Below are positions 60,902-61,994 of a stretch of 61,994 nt of DNA, in pieces. The stretch is taken from NCBI GenBank assembly GCA_046153875.1, contig JBJXFE010000046.1, forward strand, positions 1 through 61,994, in the 5' to 3' direction. How positions within the stretch are numbered: the stretch's first letter is position 1; each line of letters opens with the position of its first letter. The translations under genes were made by a program, and so were the position numbers. The stretch comes from Phycisphaerales bacterium (GTDB lineage: Bacteria > Planctomycetota > Phycisphaerae > Phycisphaerales > UBA1924). Under the pieces are notes generated by a model. The model ran no database searches. It was not told the DNA's origin and was given only the letters and a program-made list of their open reading frames with translations.

Positions 60902-61994
60902 CTACAGACCCAGTTCCCCCCATCGGCGAGCGACATGGTCCTGCATGTCCTTCGACATGCGGATGATCGGCGGCCAGTCGCGGACGGGGTGGCCGTGGCG
61001 CTCGTCGCCCGGGAGCTTGGGGGTAGCGTCGAAGGCGACGCGACGCCCACACTTGCTCAGGTGGCGGTCGCGGTCGGGGGAGGAGTTGGCGGCCCAGTGG
61101 AAGAAAGTGCCGTCGACGTCGGACAGGTCGGCGTCGGGGCCGAGGATGATGGTCCAGCGCGGCAGGAGGGGCTGAGCGCTCTCGTCGGGCAGGCCGCCGA
61201 GGGCTTTGATGATGCGGGCGCCGTCGCCGGGCTTCTCCTTGGAGGCGCGGATCAGAAGCCACCAGCCGCCGAGAGCATCGGGGATGGCAGCGTCGAGCAC
61301 GCCGGGGATCCCCCCCCCCCGCACCCGGGTTTCGGCGGCGCGGGCGGCATCGCCGAGCACGGGGGGGATGGGGCCGGCGGCGCAGAGCTCGGCGGCCAGC
61401 GGTTCGAGGACGCGGTGCTGTTCCGCATCACCACGCTTGTGCGTTGCGTCCAGGCCCATCTTCGAGCCCGCGCCGAGAAAAGGAGCGGCATGGTCGAGGA
61501 TGTCCAGCGGGCCGCGGACGAGCTCGGTGTCGCGCGCCGGGACGCAGTGCTCACCCACGACCCGAAGCACGCCCGGCGTGTCATGCACGTCCACGTCCTC
61601 ATCCACGACGACGATGGTCTTGGTCCAGGCCATCTGCCCGGCACCCCAGATCGCGTGCATGACGCGCCGGGCCTGAAACGGGTACTCCTTGCGGACTTTC
61701 ACGAAGGCGCAGTTGTGGAATGCGCCGAACATCGGGAGGTCATAGTCGACGATGTCCGGGATGATCGTGCGGAACAGCGGCAGGAAGAGCCGCTCCGTCG
61801 CCTTGCCCATGAAGTAGTCCTCCTGCGGCGGGAGGCCGACGATCGTCGTCGGGTAGATCGGGTTGCGCCGGTGCGTGATCGCGGTGACGGTGAGGATGGG
61901 GTAGCGATCGGGCAGGGAGTAGAAACCGGTGTGGTCGCCGAAAGGCCCCTCGACGACGGCCCCGGGGCCAAGGGCAGGTCCGAGGGTAGGTCGG
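60902..61994 (-). CDS. UbiD-family (prFMN-dependent) decarboxylase, 5-prime-truncated by the window edge
   Basis: The frame is open from the window end through GPFGDHTGFYS...YPILTVTAITHRRNPIYPTTIVGLPP...MGKATERLF... to TAG at 60902 (364 codons in the window). The ORF in the track starting at 61810 is an internal Met. Contains a C11 run (61310-61320) encoding GGG. Confidence 0.8.
   Translation of the reverse strand, partial: RPTLGPALGPGAVVEGPFGDHTGFYSLPDRYPILTVTAITHRRNPIYPTTIVGLPPQEDYFMGKATERLFLPLFRTIIPDIVDYDLPMFGAFHNCAFVKVRKEYPFQARRVMHAIWGAGQMAWTKTIVVVDEDVDVHDTPGVLRVVGEHCVPARDTELVRGPLDILDHAAPFLGAGSKMGLDATHKRGDAEQHRVLEPLAAELCAAGPIPPVLGDAARAAETRVRGGGIPGVLDAAIPDALGGWWLLIRASKEKPGDGARIIKALGGLPDESAQPLLPRWTIILGPDADLSDVDGTFFHWAANSSPDRDRHLSKCGRRVAFDATPKLPGDERHGHPVRDWPPIIRMSKDMQDHVARRWGELGL

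Noticed and set aside
50906-61320. G/C homopolymer runs of 10-11 nt (50906-50915, 52273-52282, 61310-61320) as possible phase-variation contingency loci
   Set aside because: With ~35% G and ~35% C, roughly two runs of length 10 or more are expected by chance in 62 kb. Two of the three fall inside essential-looking CDSs in-frame. They are better treated as sequencing-error hotspots than as a regulatory system.

Overview
This is a 62 kb window of a very GC-rich (~70%) bacterial chromosome. The content looks like Planctomycetota (inference only). The supporting signs are a prepilin-type N-terminal methylation-domain protein, an ECF sigma factor followed by a Ser/Thr kinase, giant secreted multidomain proteins, and a BatA-like VWA membrane protein after a Pro/Gln-rich repeat protein.

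The window is mostly core housekeeping: serA-serC, polA, mreB-mreC-mreD, trpD, a MiaB-family methylthiotransferase, carB, lysA, secA, cstA plus an M28 peptidase, dacB (PBP4), psuG, an HU-like protein, a partial UbiD-family decarboxylase and one tRNA-Pro(CGG). I found no IS elements, integrases, CRISPR arrays, prophage genes or recognisable defence islands.

Most unusual observation: four essential genes (polA, miaB-like, carB, lysA) each carry an in-frame block of 4-5 tandem 8-nt units with a GAGAC core on the coding strand. A 2-unit remnant sits just downstream of the metalloprotease gene. The polA, miaB-like and lysA blocks encode R-D-G/A-E/G-T-E/R-R-type low-complexity loops, and carB retains an RDSET submotif.

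Second: a 188-bp decayed duplicate of the ubiD 3-prime end flanks a 643-bp insert carrying a DUF1801 gene.

Also notable are many long spurious antisense ORFs typical of high-GC DNA, one compositionally aberrant low-GC3 gene, and a predicted ORF that reads straight through the tRNA-Pro gene.
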